From the IMG/VR virus record IMGVR_UViG_3300040959_000809: DNA of 64,000 nucleotides. One strand, given 5' to 3'. Position 1 is the first letter of the stretch. Every line of letters begins with the position of its first letter. A program made the position numbers and the translations under genes. Positions 1 to 8,473 of the stretch are shown here, one piece after another. The notes beneath the pieces are model-generated. The model made no database searches, was not told the DNA's origin, and was given only the letters and a program-made list of their open reading frames with translations. Source of the stretch: a virus.

Positions 1-1
1 T

Positions 2-231
2 CTTGCCAAGGAATTTTTTGATAAAGGTTATTACACCCACGTTGCTAACATTACAGGTTCTGATTTGGAAAATGTATTTCATATCGGTAACATGGGTCCT
101 GAAGAAAACATTGAGCGGTTGGATCGTATGCATTCAATTTCAGTTGGTGATCTTGTACTTGACGAGAACAACATTCTTTGGGTTGTTGCTAATTTTGGAT
201 TTAATGAAGTCTGTGACCTGGAGGTAGCATA
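2..231 (+). CDS. Hypothetical phage protein, 5'-truncated (LAKEFFDKGYY...MHSISVGDLVLDE...EVA*)
   Basis: Frame 2 is open from base 2 to TAA at 229-231, directly abutting the next ATG (232), with GGAGG upstream of it. Preferred over the track ORF 3..227. Confidence 0.7.
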
Positions 232-771
232 ATGTCTGCTCTTATCAATCATCTTAATGAACTTAATGCCAAGGCACAAGCCTGGATGGATGCAGAGGAA
301 GGTCGTTGGACTGGATTCTACATCACTGATCCAGAGCATTGGGCCAACATGGATATTCATACTGTTGAGGATTTCAAGCGGCACGAGCTGCAGTCCTTTA
401 TCTGGGACGCGTATAAGGATGCGTATGGCATCCGCCCTCGTTTCATGGATTTTGAATCCATGTCAATGGAAGAGTTGCAGAAGGAGGCCGACCGGGTCGC
501 TGAGGCTGCTCGTGAACAATATGAGCTTGAAGTAGCCCAAGCCGAGGCCGATCTTCGTGAGTTCAAAGAATTGGTCCAAAAGACCATCGACACGGGAGCA
601 GCTGATGAAAAAACTGCTCTTCGTTGGTTGACCACAGCTGAAACATTCTATCATGGACAGTGTGTTGAGGCGTGGGTGTACGATCAGGGCATCCTATTTA
701 CAGACTACGGTCGTGAATTGGTAAAGCGGCTGATGAATATTGTTCATTTTGAGGATATGGAGTTAGTATGA
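232..771 (+). CDS. Hypothetical acidic protein, 179 aa
   Basis: GGAGG Shine-Dalgarno at about 220; ATGA overlap with the next gene. Confidence 0.85.
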   Translation: MSALINHLNELNAKAQAWMDAEEGRWTGFYITDPEHWANMDIHTVEDFKRHELQSFIWDAYKDAYGIRPRFMDFESMSMEELQKEADRVAEAAREQYELEVAQAEADLREFKELVQKTIDTGAADEKTALRWLTTAETFYHGQCVEAWVYDQGILFTDYGRELVKRLMNIVHFEDMELV

Positions 772-1034
772 ATATAAATGATTTTAGATTTACCCCTGTA
801 GATGTAGAGCCTTTTTATGAAATGCCAGAGCTCACCAGAGTCAATACTGGGATTGATGACTTTGATGTAAAGGAATTTCGGTTCTATCTATCTGATAAAG
901 TGGATGATGATGCAAATAACTTGTACCAAGGTGCTCGTTTGTTACGCCGTCGATTTGGTTTAAATAAAGAAGAAGCAATGGAACAATTTAAAAATTGGCT
1001 CAAAGCAGAGGATAGCAAATATGACCTTTCTTAA
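768..1034 (+). CDS. Hypothetical protein, 88 aa
   Basis: ATGA overlap with the upstream gene; GGAG upstream. Confidence 0.75.
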   Translation: MNINDFRFTPVDVEPFYEMPELTRVNTGIDDFDVKEFRFYLSDKVDDDANNLYQGARLLRRRFGLNKEEAMEQFKNWLKAEDSKYDLS

Positions 1035-1239
1035 TAAAAGTAATTTGTATTCAGTAATTTCAGTGCTGATTGTCGTGTCGTTATTTGGTTTTATTGCATA
1101 CGCTATGGCATTTGCTACAACATTACCAGACGTATATTTCAGCTATGCCACTGGCGAATGTGTAAAGGTAGTTAATTATGGGACCGAATATGCTTGTGAT
1201 GCTCTTCCCACTAAATTTATTCATATATGGGTAGAATGA
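1021..1239 (+). CDS. Small membrane-anchored protein, 72 aa
   Basis: Hydrophobic N-terminal helix, two Cys in the C-terminal part, GAGG upstream, packed in the operon. Confidence 0.7.
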   Translation: MTFLNKSNLYSVISVLIVVSLFGFIAYAMAFATTLPDVYFSYATGECVKVVNYGTEYACDALPTKFIHIWVE

Positions 1240-1475
1240 TGGCACAATTATATAAAGTTGAGGACCTATTCCAGGAAGACCCTGAGAACCCAGATCAGCT
1301 CCTTTTCACTATTCCTGACGATATAACCAAGGCTTTGAATCTAGCTGAAGGTGATATCATCGAATGGGAGATCACTGGTAATGGTGTAACCTTTCGTAAA
1401 AAAGATGAGTCAAACAATGAATATGAAAGGGCTCGTGCTCAAAAAATTATTGACAACCCAGGCTTTGAGGTATAA
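1236..1475 (+). CDS. AbrB/MazE/SpoVT-like DNA-binding protein
   Basis: LLFTIPDDITKALNLAEGDIIEWEITGNGVTFRKK matches the AbrB swapped-hairpin pattern; ATGA overlap start at 1236. Confidence 0.65.
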   Translation: MMAQLYKVEDLFQEDPENPDQLLFTIPDDITKALNLAEGDIIEWEITGNGVTFRKKDESNNEYERARAQKIIDNPGFEV

Positions 1476-1477
1476 CA

Positions 1478-1687
1478 ATGAGTGATAAGTATGGAATAAA
1501 AGCATACCAACCGGATGTTGGATGGGTATGGGTTACGGAAATTAAGCGCAAAGGGATTCTAAGAACTCGTACTGTTGTTCGTAGAGAATTTGATAGTCTT
1601 TCCGCTGCAGAATTGTGTTCTGCAGAAACTGCTGGTAAAACAGCAGTGGTTAAACTTGGATCCTCAGATGAAGGTATTTTTTCATGA
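1478..1687 (+). CDS. Hypothetical protein, 69 aa
   Basis: GAGG upstream, packed in the operon. Confidence 0.7.
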   Translation: MSDKYGIKAYQPDVGWVWVTEIKRKGILRTRTVVRREFDSLSAAELCSAETAGKTAVVKLGSSDEGIFS

Positions 1688-2217
1688 AATATTTTATTCT
1701 TGAACCTAAATGGAAAAAATCAGTCTACGAATTTGACCGCTACAAGAAAGTGGCCGATGATGGAACTGCCATGTATGCTACACGAGAAACTTGTTGGCGA
1801 TATGGAAAATGGATAGTTAGTGTTCCTGAAACAAACGAGGAATGTGACGAATATCTCGAACACCATGGTATGGATCTGGAAGATTTTGGCGAGACATATG
1901 AGGAACTCAAAGAATCATTGATGCCTTCCGAGGACGAGGAAACAGCATTTCACGAGATGGATGACTATGAACACGAGTTCATTGAAACATGGGATGGCTG
2001 TAGTGAAGATTGGTCAGTTCATGTCTGGGGCCCAGGCAAAGATACTATTGATGTTGTCACACTACAGGAAGAAATAGAGGAACGGTGGGATGAAGAATAT
2101 GTCGACGGGATGTATGATCTTGATTATACCGAGGACGGTTTTTGGGTTGAAATCCACTGTCCAATTGTTTTGACTCCTTGTTTGCAAAATGGTACTCCAC
2201 TTGAGGTAAATAACTAA
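1684..2217 (+). CDS. Hypothetical very acidic protein, 177 aa
   Basis: ATGA overlap; rich in D, E, W and Y. Confidence 0.85.
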   Translation: MKYFILEPKWKKSVYEFDRYKKVADDGTAMYATRETCWRYGKWIVSVPETNEECDEYLEHHGMDLEDFGETYEELKESLMPSEDEETAFHEMDDYEHEFIETWDGCSEDWSVHVWGPGKDTIDVVTLQEEIEERWDEEYVDGMYDLDYTEDGFWVEIHCPIVLTPCLQNGTPLEVNN

Positions 2218-2231
2218 AAAAAGAGGGTTAC

Positions 2232-2528
2232 ATGTATAATTATTTAATCGAATATGCACCATTTAAAGCAATCAGCGAAACAGATGATAGACAGCAAGTA
2301 GTCTTGGATTGGCCAACGTTTCAGTTGGTCGTTACCGAAGATTTTGATGATGCTGCAAATACAGTTGTATATGATGTGGCAGTTTTAAAAGAGGATGAAA
2401 AGGTTTCAGAACATGGAATTGTTATTGAGGAAGATAATCTGCATCATGATAATGCTGAATTGATAGTTACAAATCTTTTAATTGAGAACCTGTGCAAATT
2501 GGCAGGAAGAACACCAACGCCTTTATAG
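2232..2528 (+). CDS. Hypothetical acidic protein, 98 aa
   Basis: GAGGG upstream. Confidence 0.75.
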   Translation: MYNYLIEYAPFKAISETDDRQQVVLDWPTFQLVVTEDFDDAANTVVYDVAVLKEDEKVSEHGIVIEEDNLHHDNAELIVTNLLIENLCKLAGRTPTPL

Positions 2529-2538
2529 GAGAAAGTTT

Positions 2539-2967
2539 ATGTCTTTTGATATAAGACATGCAAATATACTTGATGTAGATAAGGCTATACGACACTATGA
2601 AAAAAAGGATGGGGTTTCAATCACCTATGTGTGTACGACTGACCTGCGTCAGTCAGATCGCCCGGCTGATGTGTTCTATAGGGAAACACCGCACCCAGAA
2701 TTTGGCAATAGATACTTTGGTCTAATCCTAGGAGCAGAAGATAATATCTATATTACCAATGCTGATATAGTAGAGGATCATGATTTTGCCATGATTCAGG
2801 ATGATAATGGTACTTTTTGGTATAGTCAATGTCATCACGACTGTTTGTTTATTGATGGCAAAATGATTGACGGCGGACGTGAATACATTAGATTCTCTGG
2901 CAAAGCTCGGGATATTAAAATGTTTAAGATAAAAGATGGACAATTTAAACTTGAAAGTGAGGAATAA
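2539..2967 (+). CDS. Hypothetical phage protein (ends ...CHHDCLFIDGKMIDGGREYIR...)
   Basis: Start moved to ATG 2539, which follows AGGAGA. Confidence 0.8.
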   Translation: MSFDIRHANILDVDKAIRHYEKKDGVSITYVCTTDLRQSDRPADVFYRETPHPEFGNRYFGLILGAEDNIYITNADIVEDHDFAMIQDDNGTFWYSQCHHDCLFIDGKMIDGGREYIRFSGKARDIKMFKIKDGQFKLESEE

Positions 2968-2970
2968 CTT

Positions 2971-3267
2971 ATGGATACAAATGGTGGCTTACCATCTATA
3001 ATTACAGAAAAAGATCGCAAGAACATTCAAAATGCTTTGCGTGAAATGTCTGATTCAATGACACGGATTGCGGCTGAAAAGGATCATCAGAAGGCTATTG
3101 CTGAAAAGATGCTTGACGAGGTCGGAGTTCCAAAGAAGGATTTCAATAAACTTGCGCGGATTTATCATGCGTCTAGTATAATGGAAGAAGCGGCAAGGAA
3201 CGAAGAGTTTATGGAATTTGCCGAAGCAGTAATGGCTCCACTAGAGCGTCAAATAGAAAGTAGTTAA
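2971..3267 (+). CDS. dsbA: T4 DsbA-like dsDNA-binding protein / transcription regulator
   Basis: KAIAEKMLDEVGVPKKDFNKLARIYH resembles the T4 DsbA segment RAKDELGVDGKMFNRLLALYH; similar size. Confidence 0.65.
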   Translation: MDTNGGLPSIITEKDRKNIQNALREMSDSMTRIAAEKDHQKAIAEKMLDEVGVPKKDFNKLARIYHASSIMEEAARNEEFMEFAEAVMAPLERQIESS

Positions 3268-3287
3268 ATTCTAAGAAGGACTCGATT

Positions 3288-3551
3288 ATGGAAATGGGAA
3301 TGTTTAGCGCAGCAGGCAACTCAAAGGTGAGTGCAATTGTAACCCGCGTTCAAGGGCTTGAGCTGCAGGACGATGCTGCTTGGAAGTATGCATACCGTGA
3401 GTTGGATGTGCTCAGCAAGCTAGAAGGCACTAAAGAGGCCATTGACACAGAGGTCCGTGAGGCACTGTGGAAAGAGTTGCTCAAGCGAAACGTCATAGTA
3501 GAACCTGATGCAGTAGACTATTGGTTCTACATTGAAGAACTGGTTTTTTAA
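3288..3551 (+). CDS. Hypothetical protein, 87 aa
   Basis: AAGGA Shine-Dalgarno upstream. Confidence 0.75.
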   Translation: MEMGMFSAAGNSKVSAIVTRVQGLELQDDAAWKYAYRELDVLSKLEGTKEAIDTEVREALWKELLKRNVIVEPDAVDYWFYIEELVF

Positions 3552-3567
3552 ATTAGGGGCAAACAAC

Positions 3568-3726
3568 ATGAGTGAACAAACAAACTATTGTACAACCAAA
3601 GGCTTAGGCTGGGCATTCTTGATTATCATTATTATGATGGTAGGTTTACCTATACTTGGGTCAGCTATTGCATATCCAGATAACTGTAAGCAATCTATTC
3701 TTATTCCTTGTATAGGTTTAGAATAA
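3568..3726 (+). CDS. Small membrane protein, 52 aa
   Basis: ATG 3568 after AGGGG; one hydrophobic helix. Confidence 0.6.
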   Translation: MSEQTNYCTTKGLGWAFLIIIIMMVGLPILGSAIAYPDNCKQSILIPCIGLE

Positions 3727-3881
3727 TGCATATTGTTAGAAGAAAAGACGGTAAAGTAATTGCAATAGCATCACGTAAGGAAGATGCTATTGCAGTCGCA
3801 GATGGATCACGAATTGATAAAACTGAATACGTAATTCAAGAGTCAACCGCTCAGAAAGAAGTGGAAAAAACAAATGATTGA
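3726..3881 (+). CDS. Small hypothetical protein, 51 aa (MHIVRRKDGKVIAIASRKEDAIAVADG...)
   Basis: Below the ORF-track cutoff; TAATG coupling to the upstream gene; translated by hand. Confidence 0.65.
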   Translation: MHIVRRKDGKVIAIASRKEDAIAVADGSRIDKTEYVIQESTAQKEVEKTND

Positions 3882-4026
3882 ATATTACGATATAGTAGTA
3901 GCAATAGTTTTTGCTTGGGTCCTACTTAATGCCTTGTTTGTTCCGTACATAGGTTTTGTATTTGCATATATGCTATATGAATATGGCTGGGGCTATTATT
4001 GTAACTATAGGAAAAATAACTCATAA
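3874..4026 (+). CDS. Small membrane protein, 50 aa (MIEYYDIVVAIVFAWVLLNALFVPYIGF...)
   Basis: Below the cutoff; overlaps the previous stop; ends at the terminator. Confidence 0.55.
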   Translation: MIEYYDIVVAIVFAWVLLNALFVPYIGFVFAYMLYEYGWGYYCNYRKNNS

Positions 4027-4051
4027 AAAAAGGGAAGCCCGAAGGCTTCCC
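4025..4051 (-). terminator. Intrinsic terminator of the head operon with a cUUCGg tetraloop
   Basis: - strand GGGAAGCC-TTCG-GGCTTCCC-TTTTTTT, a perfect 8-bp stem; UUCG loops are typical of T4 terminators. Confidence 0.9.
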
Positions 4052-4069
4052 AATACTCTTTAATAAAGT

Positions 4070-4092
4070 GGGGCAGTTTTATCTGCCCTTCT
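4070..4092. terminator. Second hairpin between the convergent transcription units
   Basis: GGGCAG...CTGCCC stem followed by TTCTT on +; coordinates approximate to 1-2 nt. Confidence 0.5.
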
Positions 4093-4108
4093 TATTATTG
4101 TAGACTAA

Positions 4109-5440
4109 TTAAAACAGGTTAGCTACACGTACGCGACGGTAGTACTTGTTAGCATTAGCTGTAAGAGCACCAAGACCTTGTGCATCTTGAACTGCGCCTT
4201 CCGCGAATGGGTTTGCAACCATGCCGTAGCGAGTCTTGAACCCGATTTTTGGCTGGAAGCTGTTCTCACCGATGGCACGAACCATTTGCAACGGTACGTA
4301 TGGGCAATAGAACAAGCCAGCATCAAAGGCAGAAGAACCTTTGTAACCAACAACCATGTAGTTTGAACCAGCATATGGATCAATGTATACACGATAGCGG
4401 CCGTTAAGTACACCAGCAAATGTGTTGCCTGTGTCATCAACTTCCAAAGAGTTTCCGTTAAGTGCAGGAGTATAATCCAACACACCAGCCATTTGAAGAG
4501 CAGAAGCTACATCTGAAGAACAGATAACCATGTTACCTTTTCCACGTCTTGTGTCTTTTGCGATTTGGTTAGCTTCTTGTTCAATTTGGAACATAAGTCC
4601 TTTGAACTTCTCAACAGACCAACGGCCGTTTGCATCAACATCCAAATCAAAGATGCCTGCATTAGCAGTTGCAGTAGCACCAGCAGAAGCAGTGTTGTAG
4701 ATTGTACGAACAACTTCCCGGTTGATTTCTGTCAAGATTTCTGATTGCAGAATGTTAGCCAATTCTGATTCAGCATCCAAGCCGTGAACAGCTTTAAGAT
4801 CCTGAGCCAATTCAGTGGTGTATTCCGCTTTCAGTGCACGTGACTTAGCAGCAACGGTTACTTTTTCAATCGAGAAAGCCATTTCTGCATAGTTAGTACC
4901 AGCACCGTCGCCTAAGGCTTCAGCCGCAGCAGTTGCCATACCTGTACCTGTATCAAACAGTGAAGTATTACCTGTACCTGCGCCACCAGTTGAACCAACC
5001 TGTGCACCTGTACCTGCGTGAATTGTATCTGCCTCACCATAGAATGCTTCATTACCTGCCTGTGTATCATAGCGTGAACGCATTGCAAAGATAAGACCTG
5101 TTGGGCCAGTCATAGGCTGAACACCACAGATATCATATGCAATTAGGTTCGGCATAGAACGGCGAACAAGTGAAATCAACACTGGATCATAACCAGCAGT
5201 TGGTCCACCTGGCGTAGAGCCTGAGCCAAATCCGCCTGTACCAGCATCATTGGTTGGTGCTTCTGTCAGCATGCTCATATTAGCAGACAGATCACCTGAT
5301 TCATGGAGAGCTCGTTCTGTGTTCTCCAAAATCGTCGCAGTCACGGATTTACGATGACTGTCCTGAATAGGTGAAAAAGATTCGTGCTCAAGGATTGGCC
5401 CCCACTTTTCCACAAGCTTTTGATAGTTTGTCTCTGACAT
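4109..5440 (-). CDS. gp23: Major capsid protein (T4 gp23)
   Basis: LVRRSMPNLIAYDICGVQPMTGPTGLIFAMRSRY, SRALKAEYTTELAQDLKAVHGLDAE, FYCPYVPLQM, FQPKIGFKTRYG. Confidence 0.99.
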   Translation of the reverse strand: MSETNYQKLVEKWGPILEHESFSPIQDSHRKSVTATILENTERALHESGDLSANMSMLTEAPTNDAGTGGFGSGSTPGGPTAGYDPVLISLVRRSMPNLIAYDICGVQPMTGPTGLIFAMRSRYDTQAGNEAFYGEADTIHAGTGAQVGSTGGAGTGNTSLFDTGTGMATAAAEALGDGAGTNYAEMAFSIEKVTVAAKSRALKAEYTTELAQDLKAVHGLDAESELANILQSEILTEINREVVRTIYNTASAGATATANAGIFDLDVDANGRWSVEKFKGLMFQIEQEANQIAKDTRRGKGNMVICSSDVASALQMAGVLDYTPALNGNSLEVDDTGNTFAGVLNGRYRVYIDPYAGSNYMVVGYKGSSAFDAGLFYCPYVPLQMVRAIGENSFQPKIGFKTRYGMVANPFAEGAVQDAQGLGALTANANKYYRRVRVANLF

Positions 5441-5478
5441 ATTTCTATCTCCTTGTTAAGTTATTTGATTACTGTTAA

Positions 5479-5486
5479 TATTTATA
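5479..5486 (-). promoter_or_regulatory. T4-type late promoter upstream of gp23
   Basis: Exact TATAAATA. Confidence 0.85.
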
Positions 5487-5498
5487 AAAATTAAATTT

Positions 5499-6464
5499 TC
5501 ATTTTCTTGCGTTGAGCGCCTCAACAAGAGCGTTGACAGAAGCATAGTCAGAAACTGTCTTCCCCACCGTTACTTGTTCTTCTGTGATAATCTCATCTTC
5601 CTCATCAAGAACATTTTCTTTTTTTGTAGCAGAAGTTGCTTCCGACACAAAGGTTTCTCTGAGAGTGTTAAGATTAGTTGTGTACGCTTCAATGTCCGAA
5701 GTGTCTAGTGTCTCAGCAAGAGTACGTAGTCTCTCTTTTTGAGTAATATTCAATTCAGCTGAAGTTTCTTCAAAAATCCTTTCACATTTAAGAGAAGTAA
5801 TCTCCTTAGTGAGCTCAATATTTTCATTCACGACGTCATTGGCTCTATCGTTAGATTCTGCCAATTCTTCTTCCAAATCTTTGACGATATCAAACTTCTC
5901 GTCGTCGATTTCAATGTTATGCTCAGTAAACAGATCTTTCAATCCATCCATAAGCGATTCTGCCATCTCTACCTTAATACCAGCTTCGATTGCAACTTCG
6001 TTCTCTGTCATCCATTCATTAACTACATAGTCAAGATAGGAATCAAGATTATCAACGATTTCTGTAATTTTTTCGTCAACAGCTTCAGACAATTCGGTTT
6101 CAAGCTTTTCATTAAGCTCTTCCTCGATTGTTGCAACACGAGCCGTAACAGACTCATTAACTGCCGCTTCAAAGACCACAGAGATCTTAGATTTAAATTC
6201 TTCTGAAAGATCCATGCCTTCGATGATTTGTTGAATTGATTCCTCAACAACAATCACTTCTTCTTCCACAACTTCAGTTGCTTCCATTTCGGCATCTTCC
6301 TTCACTGCACCAGCCTTATCGCCTGCTGCTGGGGTCACTTTATCCATTTTTTCTTCTGGATGACCCTTTTTCTTTTTGTCTTCGCCACCGGCTGGGGTTA
6401 CAGGCTCTGGTACGCTTGAAACACCATCGTCGGCAACGAATCGTTTTCCTTTTTCTTCTGCCAT
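5499..6464 (-). CDS. gp22: Prohead core scaffold (T4 gp22)
   Basis: FKSKISVVFEAAV, LDSYLDYVVNEWMTEN; acidic coiled coil; position between gp21 and gp23. Confidence 0.95.
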   Translation of the reverse strand: MAEEKGKRFVADDGVSSVPEPVTPAGGEDKKKKGHPEEKMDKVTPAAGDKAGAVKEDAEMEATEVVEEEVIVVEESIQQIIEGMDLSEEFKSKISVVFEAAVNESVTARVATIEEELNEKLETELSEAVDEKITEIVDNLDSYLDYVVNEWMTENEVAIEAGIKVEMAESLMDGLKDLFTEHNIEIDDEKFDIVKDLEEELAESNDRANDVVNENIELTKEITSLKCERIFEETSAELNITQKERLRTLAETLDTSDIEAYTTNLNTLRETFVSEATSATKKENVLDEEDEIITEEQVTVGKTVSDYASVNALVEALNARK

Positions 6465-6508
6465 CGGTATTCTCCTCTGTTCGAATATGAATTATTTATT
6501 ACTAAAAA

Positions 6509-6516
6509 TATTTATA
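6509..6516 (-). promoter_or_regulatory. Late promoter upstream of gp22
   Basis: Exact TATAAATA. Confidence 0.8.
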
Positions 6517-6520
6517 AAAA

Positions 6521-7219
6521 TCACTTTTTTAACGAAGAAACGAATGTCTCAAACATACGCGCTGCCGTGTTTTCGTCGATCTTCCTTGTGATTATGTTGT
6601 ATTGTTTCTTAATTTCCTTCTCAATGCTTTCAACCACTTCCTTTACTTCTTCCTGTTGCTGTGTAGGCAACCAGTTATTTGAAGCAATATCATAGTAGTA
6701 TTCCACGTTTTCCATAATACCATTTACAAAGGCACTAGGTGCCGAAGGATCAGTAACAATATCGACAGTTGCAAGATGAAAATCGTCTTGAACCTGCATG
6801 ATTCCGTCCTTAGTAGCTTTGACGGAACCTAACCCTCTGGTAGATACACCGATCATAACTCCTTCATCAATGAAGGTTTTTACAATCTCTCCCATAGGGG
6901 TACCTAGAATCTTGGCCTTACCATAAAAGTTAGACCCGTCTCTACGCATTTCTGTAATAAGGTGTGATACTCTATCACCATTAATTGCTGGTCCATCTGG
7001 ATGTCCTAGCTCACCAATAGCTCTTTTCTTAGTAATGAAATCAGTATTATATCTTTGCATTTCTTTTTCAAGAATTTGGCTAGGATAAATTCTACCATTT
7101 CTATTTTTGATGTCACCTTGCATAAAGATGCCCTCAATAAAATAAGACTTCTTACCAGTCTCTTCATTGAGCTCGGACCCAACCTCGCAACTTTCGGTAA
7201 CTTCAGTAATAAGTTTCAT
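6521..7219 (-). CDS. gp21: Prohead protease (T4 gp21)
   Basis: IEGIFMQGDIKNRNGRIYP, GELGHP, GVSTRGLGS, VDIVTDPSAPSAFV. Confidence 0.98.
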   Translation of the reverse strand: MKLITEVTESCEVGSELNEETGKKSYFIEGIFMQGDIKNRNGRIYPSQILEKEMQRYNTDFITKKRAIGELGHPDGPAINGDRVSHLITEMRRDGSNFYGKAKILGTPMGEIVKTFIDEGVMIGVSTRGLGSVKATKDGIMQVQDDFHLATVDIVTDPSAPSAFVNGIMENVEYYYDIASNNWLPTQQQEEVKEVVESIEKEIKKQYNIITRKIDENTAARMFETFVSSLKK

Positions 7220-7247
7220 TTTTACACACCTTTTAATATTTTTATTT

Positions 7248-7255
7248 TATTTATA
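7248..7255 (-). promoter_or_regulatory. Late promoter upstream of gp21
   Basis: Exact TATAAATA. Confidence 0.8.
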
Positions 7256-7258
7256 ACT

Positions 7259-8434
7259 TTACTCAGCTTCCTTTGCAAATGCCATAATATCTTTAAAACC
7301 CTGTGTATCCTTCATCATATTAGCTTCCATCTCTTTACGATTTTTAGGATTTAGTGATTTCATTACATCATTTAACATTTTGGCATCTTGCGGGGAAACT
7401 TTGACTGATTTACCATCTTTAAGCCTCATGGTACCAGCTTTAACACCTTCCACCATTTCTACTTGACTTTCTTCTTTTAATGAAGCAGGTCGTTTGCCTG
7501 AAAGAAAGTGATGTAAAGCTTTTTCGTGTGACGCAGCTGTAGATGATTTATTGGCACCAACCGTCCGAGTAGAAACCATAGCTTCTTTTGAACCTTTGTC
7601 AGTATCACGTTGGTATACGTGATGGTTTGATGTTGCGCCGGTTTTATTATTTTTAACATGAACATGGACTGTATCGCCATATTCGCCTGGTTCATCATGG
7701 TGAGGTACACCAGCCTTTTTCATTTTATTGACTTTTGCAACTACATGATTTGGAGCACCTTCAGACCCACCCTTTTTCTTGGGACCTACAGTGAATGTAT
7801 AATGTGCATGATCGACGGTACCTTCTTCAAGTGATTCATAATATGAAGAATACATTGGATAGCCAGCTGCAAGGTTGGCAATATCATCATCGTCGTGATC
7901 ATCATGTGGCTCATATCTCTTTCCTTCAGCATATGCATGAAGTGTTTTTAATTCTGCATGAGCCGAAGCCAATTTATTTTGAAACCACTCTTCAGGATCC
8001 ATTGCTGTATCAGTCAAATAATCCTCAATTTCACGAGCAGCATATTCAATAAATCTTAACTGCCCCACCATCATGGGAATTTCTTCCGACGGATCCTCAA
8101 TTAATGGGGCTTCTTCTAAAAAACTTTTGAATGATCTCTTTTCTGGAACTGAAGTCTCTTCTTCGTCTAATTCTACTTCTTCATTCGTTTCCACTTCTTC
8201 CATCTTAGGAGAGGTTTCATTCTTTTTGGAATACGCCTGATCATATGCAGTCGTGTCCTGACCTTTCATATAATCACCAAGTCTTTTCTTTGGCATAGAC
8301 TTAGGCTTGTAGCCTTCTTGATCACCCAAACCTAGCGGATCAATAATCTCTACTTGGTGTTGGTCTTTAAATTTCTTTTCCTCAGCCGGTTTAGGCTCTG
8401 CCACCTCGGAAAGAATGTTTTTAAACCTTTTCAT
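7259..8434 (-). CDS. Prohead core / internal head protein, 391 aa (positional equivalent of gp67/68)
   Basis: Lies between gp20 and gp21; highly charged; AATAAATA at 8468-8475 upstream. Confidence 0.7.
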   Translation of the reverse strand: MKRFKNILSEVAEPKPAEEKKFKDQHQVEIIDPLGLGDQEGYKPKSMPKKRLGDYMKGQDTTAYDQAYSKKNETSPKMEEVETNEEVELDEEETSVPEKRSFKSFLEEAPLIEDPSEEIPMMVGQLRFIEYAAREIEDYLTDTAMDPEEWFQNKLASAHAELKTLHAYAEGKRYEPHDDHDDDDIANLAAGYPMYSSYYESLEEGTVDHAHYTFTVGPKKKGGSEGAPNHVVAKVNKMKKAGVPHHDEPGEYGDTVHVHVKNNKTGATSNHHVYQRDTDKGSKEAMVSTRTVGANKSSTAASHEKALHHFLSGKRPASLKEESQVEMVEGVKAGTMRLKDGKSVKVSPQDAKMLNDVMKSLNPKNRKEMEANMMKDTQGFKDIMAFAKEAE

Positions 8435-8473
8435 TTTTCGATTCCTATAAGCTGTTTATTTTTATTTTATTTA

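Noticed and set aside
3-227. Track ORF 3..227 (+) and 79..384 (-)
   Set aside because: The frame-2 reading 2..231 has better coupling and composition; these are shadows.
1450-1476. TTGACA...TATAAC sigma70-like promoter
   Set aside because: The spacer is only 15 nt and the element lies within a coding end; likely chance.
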